From Bacteroidota bacterium (lineage in GTDB: Bacteria; Bacteroidota; Bacteroidia; Cytophagales; Spirosomataceae): a stretch of 40,209 nt of DNA. The stretch is taken from positions 1 to 40,209 of the forward strand of contig JBEGQV010000087.1 of the NCBI GenBank assembly GCA_041180785.1, in the 5' to 3' direction. The translations under genes and the position numbers were made by a program. The notes beneath the pieces are model-generated. The model was not told the DNA's origin. It worked only from the letters and a program-made list of their open reading frames with translations, and did no database searches. Shown piece after piece: positions 38,574 through 40,209 of this stretch. The first letter of the stretch is position 1. Every line of letters starts with the position of its first letter.

Positions 38574-38827
38574 TAGTCTTTCAATTCTTCATAAAAGATG
38601 TAGTCATCTAAATCATCATCCTCATCTTCTTTCTTTTTCTTTTTGTTCTGAGGTACATAATCTACTTTGATTTCTCCTTCTTTTCTTTTTTGAGCAGCCT
38701 TATTTCTATATTCATTCTCCGAATTGTAGCGGTGAACCTGCGTGATCACATATCCTTTGAAAATCATTTTCAAAAGAGGCAATATCACATAGATGAATAA
38801 AAAGATAAGTCCGAGTATTTTAAGCAT
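38573..38827 (-). CDS. DUF4834-like small membrane protein
   Basis: N-terminal TM segment, KEGEIKVDYVP, C-terminal DYIFYEELKD. Confidence 0.75.
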   Translation of the reverse strand: MLKILGLIFLFIYVILPLLKMIFKGYVITQVHRYNSENEYRNKAAQKRKEGEIKVDYVPQNKKKKKEDEDDDLDDYIFYEELKD

Positions 38828-38845
38828 TGCTTTCTTTTTTCTCTA

Positions 38846-40209
38846 TTAACGACTTAAATACAAATTTCGTTCCGCATAGACCTTTCTAAAGAAATCATCT
38901 TTTAAGTCATCAATGAAATAGATGGCTTCACCAGTAGATTTCATTTCTGGTCCTAATTCCATATTTACATTCGGGAATTTGTTGAAAGAAAATACAGGAA
39001 TTTTGATTGCGTATCCTTTCTTGGTCGGATTGAAATTGAAATCTGTAACCTTCTTATCGCCCAACATCACTTTAGTTGCATAATTTACATAGGGTTCTTG
39101 GTAGGCCTTGCAAATAAATGGAACTGTTCTAGAGGCTCTTGGGTTGGCTTCAATGATGTACACTACTTCATCTTTAACCGCAAATTGAATATTTAATAAT
39201 CCAACTGTTTTTAACGCTACTGCAATCTTTTTTGTATGTTCTTCAATTTGTTTGATCACATTTTCAGATAAATCAAACGGAGGAAGAACTGAGTGGGAAT
39301 CCCCTGAGTGAATACCGGCTGGTTCAATGTGTTCCATGATCCCGATGATGTAAACATTTTCTCCATCGCAAATGGCATCTGCCTCAGCTTCAATGGCATT
39401 TTCTAAGAAGTAATCCAACAAGATTTTATTTCCTGGGATATCTCTTAAAATATCAACCACATGTTGTTCTAATTCTTTTTCGTTGATGACAATTTTCATG
39501 GATTGTCCACCCAACACGTAACTTGGACGAACCAATAAAGGATAACCTAATTCTCTTCCTAATACTACTGCATTGTCAGCATCTTCACACACACCAAATT
39601 TCGGATATGGAATGCTTAAATCTTTCAATAAACTAGAGAATGCACCTCTGTCTTCTGCCAAATCTAAGGCTTCAAAAGAAGTTCCAATGATTTTGATTCC
39701 GTACTTAGACAGTTTTTCAGCTAATTTCAAGGCTGTTTGACCGCCCAACTGTACAATCACACCTTCAGGTTTTTCATGCTGAATGATTTCATACACATGC
39801 TCCCAAAATACAGGTTCGAAATATAATTTATCGGCGATGTCAAAGTCAGTCGATACCGTCTCTGGATTCGAGTTGATCATGATGGTTTCATAACCAGCTT
39901 CTTTAGCAGCTAAAACACCATGTACACATGAGTAGTCGAATTCAATACCTTGACCGATACGGTTTGGACCAGAGCCTAGCACCACTACTTTTTTCTTGTT
40001 GGATGAAACCGATTCATTGTCGTGAATCGCATCACTTTGAGCAAAGGTAGAATAATAATAAGGAGTCTTTGCTTCAAATTCTGCAGCACAGGTATCTACG
40101 CATTTATAGAGACGTTTAATGCCAAGGCCATTTCGTTTGTCAAACACTTCCGATTCTAAACAACGTAAGGCATGAGCAATCTGACGATCTGCAAAACCTT
40201 TGTGTTTTG
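38846..40209 (-). CDS. carB: Carbamoyl-phosphate synthase large subunit (5' end outside the window)
   Basis: VDTCAAEF, GSGPNRIGQGIEFDY, RPSYVLGG, EANPRASRT, GPEMKSTGE. The frame stays open to the window end (KHKGFADRQIA). Confidence 0.98.
   Translation of the reverse strand, partial: KHKGFADRQIAHALRCLESEVFDKRNGLGIKRLYKCVDTCAAEFEAKTPYYYSTFAQSDAIHDNESVSSNKKKVVVLGSGPNRIGQGIEFDYSCVHGVLAAKEAGYETIMINSNPETVSTDFDIADKLYFEPVFWEHVYEIIQHEKPEGVIVQLGGQTALKLAEKLSKYGIKIIGTSFEALDLAEDRGAFSSLLKDLSIPYPKFGVCEDADNAVVLGRELGYPLLVRPSYVLGGQSMKIVINEKELEQHVVDILRDIPGNKILLDYFLENAIEAEADAICDGENVYIIGIMEHIEPAGIHSGDSHSVLPPFDLSENVIKQIEEHTKKIAVALKTVGLLNIQFAVKDEVVYIIEANPRASRTVPFICKAYQEPYVNYATKVMLGDKKVTDFNFNPTKKGYAIKIPVFSFNKFPNVNMELGPEMKSTGEAIYFIDDLKDDFFRKVYAERNLYLSR

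Overview
AT-rich, gene-dense chromosomal segment from a Bacteroidota bacterium. Cytophagales-like gene content and TAnnTTTG promoters support this; an Aquirufa/Spirosomataceae-type freshwater organism is my inference. Most of the window is housekeeping: a partial PorU-like C25 peptidase, SprT, nuoKLMN, a DEDDh exonuclease, YjjG, xth, ispH, tsaB, an S41 protease, rnpA, rpmH, a stand-alone rpsJ, atpD-atpC, MarR plus acyl-CoA dehydrogenase, an OmpA/MotB lipoprotein and a partial carB. The ORF track missed four genes: the C25 peptidase (1-2536), a 56-aa DTAAA-repeat lipoprotein, rpmH and a 56-aa double-glycine peptide. Three things stand out. (i) A 29.6-32.2 kb module holds two tandem Gly-Gly-leader peptides, a predicted outer-membrane protein and a small ORF. 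The first three genes are each preceded by the same 12-nt motif ACAACYTAACCA, and no C39 exporter or modifying enzyme lies nearby. (ii) The adjacent RND efflux operon is headed by a candidate PPP-ending arrest/leader peptide, a hairpin and a small secreted NYK-motif protein. (iii) A PD-(D/E)XK-type nuclease ending in a perfect beta-clamp motif (QLSLF) lies downstream of xth. I saw no rRNA, tRNA, CRISPR array or IS element.
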